The notes below the pieces were generated by a model. The model had not been told where the DNA came from and did not search any database. It was given only the letters and a program-made list of their open reading frames with translations. Shown here piece after piece: positions 11,725 to 23,243 of a stretch of 64,000 nt of DNA; within the stretch, counting starts at the first letter, position 1, and each line of letters opens with the position of its first letter. The position numbers were made by a program, and so were the translations under genes. Source of the stretch: Octopus sinensis (taxonomy: Eukaryota); assembly GCF_006345805.1 (NCBI RefSeq), contig NC_042997.1, positions 204,352,001 to 204,416,000 on the forward strand, given 5' to 3'.

Positions 11725-13295
11725 TCTTTTACTTGTTTTAGTCGTAAGACTGTGGCCATGCTGGGGCAACACCTTCAAGAATTCTTTTTTTTTCAGTTGT
11801 ATGAATTCATCCCAGTACTTATCTTCCTTTAAGTCTGGGAATTTTTCTATTGGTGCCTTTTACCAAATTGCAAGGATGTAAACACACCAACACCGGTTGT
11901 CAAGCAGTGATGACGGACCAAAAAACAGACACAAAGACACAAATATACATTTGGCACGTAAAAAGCACCCACTACACTCGCGGAGTGGTTGGCGTTAGGA
12001 AGGGCATCCAGCTGTAGAAACTCTGCCAGATCAGACTGGAGCCTGGTGCAGCCCCAGGCTTCCCAGACCCCGGTCAAACCATCCAACCCGTGCTAGCGCG
12101 GAAAACGGACGTTAAACGATGATGATGATATATATACATATGTTAAAAGCACCGTCCGAACGTAGCAGATGCCAGTGCCGCCTGACTGGCGTCCGTGTCG
12201 GTGACACGTAAAAGCACCAACCAATCGTGGCTGTTTGCCAGGCCCCTCTGGCCCCTGTGCCGGCGGCATGTAAAAAGCACCCACTACACTCACAGAGTGG
12301 TTGGCATTAGGAAGGGCATCTAGCTGTAGAAACACTGACAGATCAGACTAGAGCCTGGTCGAACCGTCCAACCCATGCTAGCATGGAAAACAGACGTTAA
12401 ACGATGATGATGATATATATATATATACACACACACACACATTTCATCATCATCATTTGGCATCCCTTTTCCAGGGGTTAGACAGTTTGACTGGAACTGG
12501 TAAGCTGAAGAGCTGCTCCAGGCCCCCCAGTTTGTTTTCGTTTGGTTTCTACGGTCAGATGCCATTCCTAACACTGACCACTCCATGGAGTGTAGTGGGT
12601 GCCCTTTATGTATCACCGGCTCTGGCCACAACAACGATTTCACATGTCTTCTCAAGTACAGCAAATCACCAAAGGCTTTGGTCACTTGTCATTGCCTTCA
12701 TGGGACTCAACATCTAAAGGTCATGCTTCCCCACCTTGTCCCATGTCTTCCTGGGTCTGCCTCTTCCACAGGTTCCCTCCACAGTTAGAGATCAGCACTT
12801 GTTTATGCAGCTGTACTCATCCATAAGCATCACATGGCCATACCAACACAGTCTGCCGCTACGTTGTGAGTTCAAATTCCACCGAGGTTGACTTTGCCTT
12901 TCATCTTTTCGGGCTCGATAAATTAAGTACCAGTTACGCACTGGGGTCGATGTAATCAACTTAATCCTTTTGTCTGTCCCCTCTATGTTTAGCCCCTTAT
13001 TGGTAGTAAAGAAATATATATATTGTATATGCCAGCCTCGCCTGGCCCCCCCGTGCTGGTGGCACGTAAAAGCACCATCTGTTCGTGGCCGTTTGCCAGC
13101 TCCGTCTGGCACCTGTGCGGGTGGCACGTAAAAAGCACCCACTACACTCATGGAGTGGTTGGCGTTAGGAAGGGCATCCAGCCGTAGAAACACTACCAGA
13201 TCTGACTGGGCCTGATGCAGCTTTCCGGCTTCACAGACCCCAGTTGAACCGTCCAACCCATGCTAGCATGGAAAACAGACGCTAAATGATGATGA
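11725..13295. mobile_element. Nested cluster: family A fragment (-), family C copies (11952-12128, 12143-12413, 13028-13295), RTE fragment (-, ~12720-12850), family B 3' part (12851-13014)
   Basis: Similarity to other copies in the window; the RTE piece encodes RLCWYGHVMLMDEYSCINKC. Confidence 0.75.
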
Positions 13296-13469
13296 TATTT
13301 AAATAGATGTTAAAATAGCCTCATAAAGGGATAAAAATGTCCAATGAATTGCTGGTTTGCTGCCTATTTTTTTTGTGGATAGTAATATCCCTAAAATAAG
13401 AGGTTTAAGTATTCAGAAAATGGAGAAATAGCATTAATATAATTTATTAACGGCAACAATTCAACATGT

Positions 13470-13552
13470 CCTCTTAAAGCTGTTTCAATTTTGCTCAAAG
13501 AATTAAATTCCAGGAATTAAAATAATTTATTGGACAATATCTCGTCAGAGGA
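13470..13552 (-). ncRNA. Type-I hammerhead motif in the left arm of a fold-back element
   Basis: Minus strand reads CCT-CTGACGA-GATATTG...CAAAATT-GAAAC-AGCT-TTA-AGAGG; cleavage triplet is TTA rather than the GTA of the sister arm. Confidence 0.55.
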
Positions 13553-13589
13553 GTAAAATAGACATAGCATTGGGTTATTAGATGTTATA

Positions 13590-13795
13590 CTTCTGATGAG
13601 ATTTTGCCCAATAAAATATTTTAATTACTGGAATTTAATTGATCATCATCTCATCGTTTAATATCCGTTTTCCATGCTGGCATGGGTTGGATGGTTTGAC
13701 TGGGGACTGGCATGTTCGGATGGTGCTTTTTACATGCCACTGGCACGGGGAGCCAGTCAGGCATCCTTTAGGTATAATCGAAACTGCTGTAAGAG
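13590..13795 (+). ncRNA. Type-I hammerhead motif in the right arm, stem II split by a family C insertion (~13641-13766)
   Basis: CTGATGA (13593-99) GATTTTGCC... [insert] ...GGTATAATC GAAAC (13780-84) TGCT GTA AGAG. Confidence 0.55.
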
Positions 13796-13833
13796 AACAT
13801 TGAATTTTTGCAGTTAATAAATTATATCAATGC

Positions 13834-14233
13834 TACTTTTACTCTTTTACTTGTTTCAGTCATTTGACTGCGGCCATGCTGGAGCACCGCCTTTAATCGA
13901 GCAACTCGACCCCGGGACTTATTCTTTTGTAAGCCCAGTACTTATTTTATCTGTCTCTTTTGCCGAACCACTAAGTTACGGGGACATAAACACACCAGCA
14001 TCGGTTGTCAAGCAATGCTAGGGGGACAAATACAGACACACAAACACACACATGCATATATATATACATATATACGACGGGCTTCTTTCAGTTTCCGTCT
14101 ACCAAATCCACTCACAAGGCTTTGGTCGGCCCGAGGCTATAGTAGAAGACACTTGCCCAAGGTGCCACGCAGTGGGACTGAACCCGGAACCATGTGGTTG
14201 GTTAGCAAGCTACTTACCACACAGCCACTCCTG
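13834..14233 (-). mobile_element. tRNA-derived SINE, family A
   Basis: Reverse of head aggagtggctgtgtggtaag...gggttcagtccc (A/B boxes), internal microsatellite, (GTAAAAGA)n tail. Confidence 0.9.
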
Positions 14234-14311
14234 TACATTTTCTGAATTTTAGTTTGTGTGTGTGTGGTGTGTGTGTGTGTGTGTGTATTTTACTGGGGAA
14301 GGCTGGTTTAT

Positions 14312-14372
14312 GGGGTTACCCTGGGTTTTCTGTGCTTAAAGGGTTTAACTTTATGGCGTATCGTCATACCCC
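14312..14372 (-). ncRNA. Hammerhead-like motif, same family as 58493-58553
   Basis: Minus strand reads GGGGT-ATGACGA-TACGCCATAAAG...CTTTAAGCACA-GAAAAC-CCAGG-GTA-ACCCC; inverted arm at 14388-14410. Confidence 0.5.
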
Positions 14373-14692
14373 AAAACCTGTTGAGAGGAAACCCAGGATA
14401 AACCCATAAATTGGAGTGTGCACCTTCTCTGAATTTATGTTTTCTAAAAACAATATCTATCTATCTGGTAGACGCGTCTGAAAGGATTAGAGACAAACAC
14501 TTTCCTCTCTGGTCAATCTCTCATCAACTTCATCAAGTATCACTTGAAAAGGAAAGTGAGAGTAGAGAGACAAGTTTTATCTAGCGAATGTTTAAAAAAA
14601 AAAAGATGGGTGAATGTAGCAAGGATGGCACGTATGAATGACGAAGCTATCTTGAGCATAATCCTATGAACCCGGAAAAATTTTAAACAGAG

Positions 14693-15724
14693 GGATCTTT
14701 TCTGTTTGATGGACGGAATTTTCTAGTTAACTAAAAAATTTGAAACTTCGTATACTGGTAGAATCTGTCAAAAGAAAACATTATTGTAAACAAAATTGTA
14801 ATTTGTAACTTAAACGTAGTTTAATTTTACGAATTTTAACCAATGAAATCCCAGCATTGCTGCGTAATCGATATTGATAAAGAAATATAGCAGACGCACG
14901 ACACACTCTCTCTCAAACACATGCATATACATTTGCACAAGCACATAGTAATATATAAGCGTACACGCACATACAAACGGACATATACATACACACACAA
15001 GCATACATACACGTTCGTGAGTTGCCCCTTGCCGTAACAAATTTACACAAAAGGTAAATAAACCAGAAGGGGTGGGGGGTCAATGTTTCATCGTTTCGGG
15101 GTCGATAAATTAAGTACCAATTACGCACTGGTGTCGAGGATTTTTTCCTCAATTTATATCACAGTTTCCGACAAGCTGGGGGCATCCTTTTATGAAAAAA
15201 TATTTCGCAAATTTTTACAAATGGCCCCAGCATGGCCACAGCTCGTGAGCTGAAACTAGAGAAAATAAAAAATAAAAATAATACGACTCACACTCCACGC
15301 GTAAACTCTAGACCGATTTAGGCATATTATTGTTTTGTTTTTGTTGTTTCTGGCCCTTCAAAACCATGGGAGAAACCTTTTCGGTAAAAAAAAAGAAAGA
15401 AAATATTCAAAAAATATCGTTAATATTTTTATTGGGCGACGAAATTCATCGATTTAAGAGATATAGCTGTTATTTCTAGCACATGTAGAAGACAGAAGAC
15501 ATAAGAGAGAGAAAGGATGAATAAGACGTGTGCGTGTGAGTTTTTAGACGCAGCAAATAATTTTAGCTTGAATGCTGTGATTTCATTGGTTAAAAGTTAC
15601 GAATTACAATTTTGTTTTCAATTTTGTTTACAATCATGTTTTCTTTTGACACATTCTACAAGTATACGAAGTTTCAAATTGTTTAGTTAACTAGAAAATT
15701 CCGTCCATCAAACAGAAAAGATCC
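14693..15724. mobile_element. Non-autonomous DNA transposon with ~160-bp TIRs and 8-bp TSD (Merlin/MULE/hAT-type, unresolved)
   Basis: TIR ggatcttttctgtttgatggacggaattttctag at 14693 with its reverse complement ending 15724; TSD aaacagag at 14685-92 and 15725-32. Confidence 0.85.
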
Positions 15725-16083
15725 AAACAGAGAGTTACTTACTTGCAAATAAATGTGTTAACATGTGACATTATTGACCGCAGTTACCGTGGTCTTTTCT
15801 GTAGGCTTTTCTTTCCCCCTTTACACCATGACATTTCTGAGATACACGATCCCTATTGATCGTGTTTTTTCTTTTTTTTTACGATCCCTTTTGATCAAAA
15901 ACCTACCCCCTCCTTTTTTTTCTCCCCCAAAAGAAAAGCTCTACTTTGTAATTGTCCCCTCTGTGTTCAGCCTTGTGTGGCTAATAAAAAAAAAACATTA
16001 TATAATATATATATATATTGGTAAAAACGGTAAGATAACAAAAGAAAGAAAGAGACCTCAATATTATGTAAATAGAGGAAATT

Positions 16084-16260
16084 TATCTGTAAATTAATAT
16101 GTTACCATTATTCAATGGCCAAGATAAAACTCTAAGTTTCGGATGCCGAAGTGGCAATCCACAACACCATCTCTTCGGTTATCTGGCTAGATAACCGAAG
16201 GATGGTGTTGTGGATTTCCACTTGGCCATTGAATAATGGTAACATATTAATTTACAGATA
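16084..16260. mobile_element. Fold-back element carrying a hammerhead motif on the minus strand (16122-16184)
   Basis: Near-perfect inverted arms. Minus strand reads AGATAA-CCGAAGA-GATG...CATC-C-GAAAC-TTAGA-GTT-TTATCT with a perfect 6-bp stem I. Confidence 0.65.
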
Positions 16261-16261
16261 T

Positions 16262-16319
<58 letters not shown>

Positions 16320-16326
<7 letters not shown>

Positions 16327-16542
16327 GGTGTATAATTATTGCAGCTTTTTTTCTTCAACAAAAACAGTAACAACCTGTAACAAAAACATCTTTAAATGAT
16401 GATTCCGGATCATATTCACCATCTACTTCAGTTACTGCTTCCCATTTGCTTGGCAGACGATCAGACCATCATTTAAAGATGTGAATTTTTAATTATTTTC
16501 TGAGATTTTACAAAAACCGCAATAATTATGCACCAACCCTAT
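16320..16542 (-). mobile_element. Internally deleted mariner/Tc1 MITE
   Basis: TIRs ggtaggtgtataattattgc / gcaataattatgcaccaacc in TA context; minus-strand remnant RLPSKWEAVTEVDGEY matches the mariner C-terminus. Confidence 0.7.
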
Positions 16543-16599
16543 ATATTATATATATATATATTGCTGGCATCGTTTCTGTCTCGGGAGACAATGGAGTTG

Positions 16600-17175
16600 C
16601 GCATAAAATAATCTAATCCGGCTTTTACATTTCATGTCTGGGACAATAATAAGCTGACCAAGACCACAAAAATGAAGATTTACCAGGCATGTGTACTTAG
16701 CACTGTACTGTATGGAAGTGAGACTTAGACGCCATACACATGCCAAGAGTGTCGCCTAAATATCTTTCCCCTGCGCTGCCTCCGGAAAATCCTTGGCATC
16801 AAATGGCAGAATCATGTCCTCAAGCAAGCAGGAATACCAAGCATGTTTGCACTCCTCACACAAAGACGTACGAGATGGCTTGGACATGTTAGCCGTATGG
16901 AAGATGGCAGAATCCCCAAGGACATACTCTACGGAGAGCTTGCTAGAGGCTCTAGGTCTGTGGGAAGACGGTTCTTACGATTTAAGGATGTTTGCAAAAG
17001 GGAAATCAATATTAGCAACTGGGAAGCAGTTGCCAGCAACCGTGGAGATTGGCGACATACCGTGAAAGAGGGAACACAAAGGAGTGACAGAGAGAGAAAG
17101 GAGAAATGGAAAGACAAGAAAAGACGTCAACAAGAATCTATAAGATTACAACCAGCCAGGCAAAGTCCTCGCTAC
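16600..17175 (+). mobile_element. RTE-clade LINE 3' fragment
   Basis: KIYQACVLSTVLYGSET, LRCLRKILGIKWQ, RRTRWLGHVSRMEDGRIPKDILYGEL..GSRSVGRR.LRFKDVCKR. Confidence 0.9.
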
Positions 17176-17194
17176 ACATATATATATATATATA

Positions 17195-17397
17195 ACTGCT
17201 TCCCAGTTGCTAATATTGATGTTGCAGGCCTTCATGTCCCTTTTGCAAACATCCTTAAATCGTAAGAACGGTCTTCCCACAGACCTAGAGCCTCTAGCAA
17301 GCTCTCCGTAGAGTATGTCCTTGGGGATTCTGCCATCTTCCATACGGCTAACATGTCCAAGCCATCTCATACGTCTTTGTGGGAGAAGTGCAAACAT
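17195..17397 (-). mobile_element. Inverted second copy of the RTE fragment
   Basis: Reverse complement of ~16843-17031, with 15 extra nt (KRDMKACNIN versus KREIN). Confidence 0.9.
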
Positions 17398-17404
17398 TAT
17401 ATAT

Positions 17405-17813
17405 AGGCGCAGGAGTGGCCGTGAGGTAAGTAGCTTGCTTACCAGCCACATGGTTCCGGGTTCAGTCCCACTGCGTGGCACCTCGGGCAAGTGTCTTCTA
17501 CTATAGCCTCGGGCCGACCAAAGCCTTGTGAGTGGATTTGGTAGACGGAAACTGAAAGAAGCCCGTCGTATATATTTATATATATATGCATGTGTGTGTT
17601 TGTGTGTCTGTGTTTGTCCGCCCAACATTGCTTGACAACCGATGCTGGGGTGTTTATGTCCCCGTCAGTTAGCGGTTCGGCAAAAGAGACCGATATAATG
17701 GGTGCTGGGCTTACAAAGAATAAGTCCCGGGGTCGACGATTTGCTTGACTAAGGCGGTGCTCCAGCATGGCCGCAGTCAAATGACTGAAACAAGTAAAAG
17801 AGTAAAAGAGTAA
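17405..17813 (+). mobile_element. tRNA-derived SINE, family A, full length
   Basis: aggcgcaggagtggccgtgaggtaag head, gggttcagtccc B box, gtaaaaga tail. Confidence 0.9.
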
Positions 17814-17830
17814 ACACATACATATATAAT

Positions 17831-19330
17831 AAACTTTGGTTGTAGAACAAACAACAAATTTAAGGTCATCCACTTAACATATCACATCTCGAACATTTAA
17901 TCACAGATAAAGAAACAGAATGCTTTTTCTTATACATAGAATACGGATGCATAAAATCTCAGAAGATGAAACAATATTTCATTAGACAAGCATATAAAAA
18001 AATGTGAGTACAGTCTGTCGCAATATAAGAAATTAAAACTTAATACTTCAGTGTCTAAGATAAATTTTTTTTAGCAGTAGAACACCTAGAATAATGAATA
18101 TATAAGAATATGTATATATAAGAAACATAAATATATAAGGTATAGATAAAAGTTCATCGATTAAGAATTTTTTTACGATTAAAAGTTACTCTTTAAGATA
18201 AGGAGAAACCTATTAAGAAAAGCCAGTGTCCAAGCAAATATAAAGAAACCATATATACAGCCCTATGGCCAGTTCAGAGGTTCATCAACGTAGTTAATGT
18301 ACGAGGGGGGAAAACATCACATAACAAGACGAGACTTCTTTGGGAAAAATCGATTGTAACATTGCATGGTTTCTTATTTAAGGGGTCATGCTCAGACCAG
18401 TCCAAATATTCGAAATTTTTTTTAAATAAAAAAAAAAAAAAAGAAAATTATACAAATAGCCGTATTAAAGTAAAGCCAGCCTCGTCGGTTTCAATTCCCT
18501 GTAAAGACTAAATGATTTAATTACTTCGACAGTTTATTCCTATACACTTTTAAGAAGGTAGACGAAAATTTATGGATGCAAAAAGGGATCACATCAGTAA
18601 ATTTATTCAAGATGTTTGGTTCAAAAACATTTAAGGATGGTAAGGGATTCCCTTATACACAGCTTATATTTCCTTTGAAGTTAGGGGTTCTAGAAACGAT
18701 GGACCATTCTAGATAATAATTCTTGTTATTCCTCTTCAAATCATGTACATGGGATGCAAGTGTGGTTGAATTACAGAATTACACTACTTATCCTTAGAAA
18801 ACGAGCTCATATGAGATCTCTATATCTAGCTTTAAAATCTACCATACTACCTATATAAAATTCATTTAATTTATCTTCGTCCATAACTAATATATTCGAC
18901 GTTAGTAACCGGACAGGAACGATCCAAGGGGCATAATTCGGAGTTTCTACAATTACATTTCTTCCCAGGGCTTTTTCTAGTTTTATCTTTATTTTTACAT
19001 TTACTTTTTGTATCATCAGTTCTCGCCAGGTTTCCTTCTTTCATTTCGTCAGATCTTCTCTTACTACTCGGGTTCGATAAACCCGGTGAAAGCAAGCTGC
19101 TTGTACCATTTATTATTCACAGGTCCGGGGTTACCCTCAGAGGAACATCCCCAGCAAGTTTGCTTATATTAATAGATGCAATAATCGAGGCGAAATTAGG
19201 CATTACAGAGTAAGAGAACTTGATAGTTGACTTGTTACAAATACTATAGTATTTGTGATTCCTTGGGAAGTTCTCCTTCAAAATTCTAAAAAACATTTTT
19301 GGTAAGTTCCTTACTCTAAGGAACTTACCA
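17831..19330 (-). mobile_element. Penelope-like element 3' part (linker, GIY-YIG endonuclease, presumed 3' non-coding tail)
   Basis: FFRILKENFPRNHKYYSICNKSTIKFSYSVMPN, CNCRNSELCPLDRSC, FYIGSMVDFKARY, TTLASHVHDLK...WSIV. Confidence 0.85.
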
Positions 19331-19335
19331 TTTTA

Positions 19336-20550
19336 GACTGTCGTGCCCTGTCCGGATTTGTGGTTGAGCAAGTTGGAGAGGCAAATCTTTCGCTTTTTGT
19401 GGAAGGGCTTCCCTCCTCTTGTAAGATGTTCTATTTGCTGCCAGAAACCGTTAAAGGGTGGGTTGGGGATGCCTTGGCTAATGATGCGCAGACATGTGTT
19501 GAGGTTGAGGCATCTCTGGCTCTACCTGGATGGTAAGCGGGTGTGGTCTCCGCTCACTAGACAGATTTTCCCCGGCTTTACCGGCTTTGGTGATAGAGAA
19601 AACTGGTTTCATCGCAAAGCACTTCTCCAGTTCCGCAGTACAGGCAATGCCAGCGGTTTCGGTACCACCACAGCGTTCTATAGCAGGTTGGTAGAGGCTG
19701 GAAATGACGATGACTTGGGGAGGACCCTGAGTTTTGATGATAACCATCCTTAAATGTTTTTGAACCAAACATCTTGAATAAATTTACTGATGTGATCCCT
19801 TTTTGCATCCATAAATTTTCGTCTACCTTCTTAAAAGTGTATAGGAATAAACTGTCGAAGTAATTAAATAAACTCACCAGACATGGCCATCCTGGGCCGT
19901 CGGCCTGCCTAAGATGTGAGCGGGACGTGGAAACCGTCCTGCACGCTATTGTGCAGTGTCCTGGCGTTTTAGAAGTGTGGGTTTACGCGGAACACTGTTG
20001 ACAGATGTGAGAAGAGTACAGCTATCAGCTGAATCGATTCTAAAAAATCAACCCACCGGACTTCCTTACGGATGAAGGTAAGAACTGTTTTCTCATAGTA
20101 GTAGCAATTGCGAAAGAGATGATTTGAAAGTCGAGGGTAAAAGGTTTTGTGACAGACTGCTTCATATCTGAACCCGCCTTGGTAAAGGTTTTTACGTTTC
20201 ACCTGAAAAGAAAGGTGGGTCTGGAGAGAAGGTATCTGTCACAGAGTGTGTTTCAAAAACGATGGACGCGTGTTGCCCGCATGTTTGGAGTGAAAGACCC
20301 TGCGTGAGCACGTCATAACGGAAATGCAAGGTGTCGGTTAAAAGGGCAGGGCTCGTGGGGTCGGAGCAAATCTGTCTTCTTTTAACCTCATGTTGTCCTC
20401 AATGTTTGTGTCCCATTTTTGTGTCTTTTGTGTCCCATTCGATGTTATCATGTTTTTATAAATGTTTAACCAGCTCATTCGTTGTATATGACCCCCAGAT
20501 CATATTGTGCTGTCCCCTCTATGTTCGTCTGAATGGACAATAATAAAATC
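19336..20550 (+). mobile_element. Tx1/L1-clade LINE 3' fragment with CCHC zinc finger and 3' UTR
   Basis: KLERQIFRFLWKG...CCQKPLKGGLGMP, then CLRCERDVETVLHAIVQC; 3' end tgtcccctctatgtt...aataaa. Interrupted at 19743-19869 by inverted PLE sequence. Confidence 0.8.
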
Positions 20551-21068
20551 TTTTCCCAAAGAAGTCTCGTCTTGTTATGTGGTGTTTGCCCCCCTCGTAC
20601 ATTAACTACGTTGATGAACCCCTGAACTGGCCATAGGGCTGTATATATGGTTTCTTTATATTTGCTTGGACACTGGCTTTTCTTAATAGGTTTCTCCTTA
20701 TCTTAAAGAGTAACTTTTAATCGTAAAAAAATTCTTAATCGATGAACTTTTATCTATACCTTATATATTTATGTTTCTTATATATACATATTCTTATATA
20801 TTCATTATTCTAGGTGTTCTACTGCTAAAAAAAATTTATCTTAGACATTGAAGTATTAAGTTTTAATTTCTTATATTGCGACAGACTGTACTCACATTTT
20901 TTTATATGCTTGTCTAATGAAATATTGTTTCATCTTCTGAGATTTTATGCATCCGTATTCTATGTATAAGAAAAAGCATTCTGTTTCTTTATCTGTGATT
21001 AAATGTTCGAGATGTGATATGTTAAGTGGATGACCTTAAATTTGTTGTTTGTTCTACAACCAAAGTTT
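20551..21068 (+). repeat. Right arm of a ~518-bp inverted repeat (partner 17831-18348)
   Basis: Reverse complement of 17831-18348 with only a few substitutions seen by eye. Confidence 0.95.
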
Positions 21069-21140
21069 GTTATACTCGTCTCATTTACTTGCGCACTTCT
21101 CTTGCAGCCCTATTAACCCTCTTGTTCCTAATAAGAAACA

Positions 21141-21185
<45 letters not shown>

Positions 21186-21307
21186 TTCATCAAAATTTTA
21201 ACAATCAAATCAACCTCTCTTTCTGCATATTTACCCTCTTTATAATGGTGGCAAATGAAATAGAAATAAGTATATGTATTGTTCGTTTGATAGAAGACTT
21301 CTATAAA

Positions 21308-21391
21308 TGGCTGAAGATTGCTCAACGTTTTAAAACTGATGTAATGCTTACAATGTTTAATAAAATGAAGTAGCATGAAACGATCGTACCA
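21308..21391 (+). ncRNA. Type-I hammerhead ribozyme motif
   Basis: TGG-CTGAAGA (21311-17)-TTGCT...AGCAT-GAAAC (21377-81)-GATC-GTA-CCA. Canonical core, stem I TGG/CCA, palindromic stem III ACGATCGT. Confidence 0.6.
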
Positions 21392-21461
21392 AATTACCGA
21401 AGATATACTTGTTGCTTATTTTGAGTATTATATTATATATATATATATATATATAATATAT

Positions 21462-21491
<30 letters not shown>

Positions 21492-21501
<10 letters not shown>

Positions 21502-21700
21502 TTAGAGACAAAACCACTATTATGCAAATCAAACAAAGAAAGACTTAATCCATACATAAAAAAATTTATATAAATTAAATAAAATTAAATATAAATTAAA
21601 TAAAATAAAATAAAATTCGCCACTATTTTTTATGCATTGGATTAAGTCTTTCTTTGTTTGATTTGCATAATAGTGGTTTTGTCTCTAATTAATATTATAT
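21492..21700. repeat. Fold-back element between (TA)n tracts
   Basis: ataatattaattagagacaaaaccactattatgcaaatcaaacaaagaaagacttaatcca with its reverse complement at ~21638-21699. Confidence 0.9.
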
Positions 21701-21777
21701 AATATTTTACTATAAAATTGGATTCAGTCCTAAATCTGATTTTTCCCTGTAAATTTGGATTTATTCCCTAATATTAT

Positions 21778-21839
<62 letters not shown>

Positions 21840-22777
21840 GCACGATGGGCTTCATTCAGTTTCTGCCCACCACATCCACTCACAAGGTTTTGGTCAACTT
21901 GAAGTTATTGTAGAAGACACTTGCCCAAGGTGCAACACAATGAAACTGAACCTCGAAGCATGTGGTTGAGAAACAGACTTCTCACCATGCCTGCACGTAT
22001 GAGGATGTCGCTCACTTAAATCGTTGTTTAATAAAGTATTTGCATTGTTTAGGTCATTCTGGTGGACGAAAGAAAAAATCCAGAAAAACATCAAAACGAA
22101 AAAAGAAATCAAAACGCGGGAAAAATAAAGAGGTATTTTGAATGAATCTTTAATAATTACAATTAATGATTAATAATTAGTAAATTTAAACGTTTTTCAC
22201 TAAGGAAGTTCATTGAAACTGGTGAGGTTTGAAACCGATACCTGTTGATTGGTTGTACCTCTACAATACATAAAATATTTTAATTTTAAAAATATTATGT
22301 TGAATAATATTTGATTATAAAAATATAAAAGGATTTGTGAGACATCAAATGGCTACGGGGATTCAGTAGAATAAAAAGAGGAATCGAAGGTGTCTGCTGG
22401 TGAAAAATGGTCAAGGAATACTGGATTAGACCCACGCGCAGCCAGGTCCTATTAAAGATCAACATGCTTGCAAGGGTCAGACAGAATTTGTTGAAGCAGA
22501 TTTTCTATGGCTGGATGCCCTTCATGTCAACAATTGAACTCTTGACCTTATGTTCACAAGCTGAACACCCTAACCACTAAGCCATGTGCCTTCACACACA
22601 CACAAACACACAAACACATATATACTGTATATATACGTGAAGAAAATTTCGAAAATGGAGATATAGTATTAATTTATTAACTGCAAAAATCCAACATGTT
22701 CTCTTACAACTGTTTCAATTTAGCAAAAAGATTAAATTACAGTAATTAAATTAAATTAATGAGATTATTTTAATCTC

Positions 22778-22817
<40 letters not shown>

Positions 22818-22960
22818 TATTTTTCGAGTAGCATGCATATTGTGAAAAAAATTATATGGTTAATGGACAATATGTCCAATTTTTCGGCATATTTGGCATT
22901 AGAAATTTTTTCCTTGCCCTCATTTATGAATTATATATATATATATATATATATATATGC

Positions 22961-23101
22961 ATAGGTATGGCTGTGTGGTATCCACATGGTTCTGGGTTCA
23001 GTCCCACTGTGTGGCACCTTGGGCAAGTGTCTTCTACTATAGCCTCAGGCTGACCAAAGCCCTGTGAGTGGATTTGGTAGATGGAAACTGAAAGATGCTC
23101 G

Positions 23102-23144
<43 letters not shown>

Positions 23145-23196
23145 TATTATATATATATAGGTATATATATATATATATATGTATGTATATATATAT

Positions 23197-23243
<47 letters not shown>

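Noticed and set aside
6298-13295. CRISPR-like repeat-spacer look of family C internal units
   Set aside because: Linkers are related to each other and recur between copies, the arrays sit in a dispersed retroposon with a (GAT)n tail, the DNA is eukaryotic and no cas genes are present.
13834-14233. SINE heads as tRNA genes
   Set aside because: A/B boxes are present but there is no complete cloverleaf, and they are fused to SINE bodies.
22330-22450. Candidate upstream exon of the gene
   Set aside because: All frames are interrupted or lack a phase-0 consensus donor.
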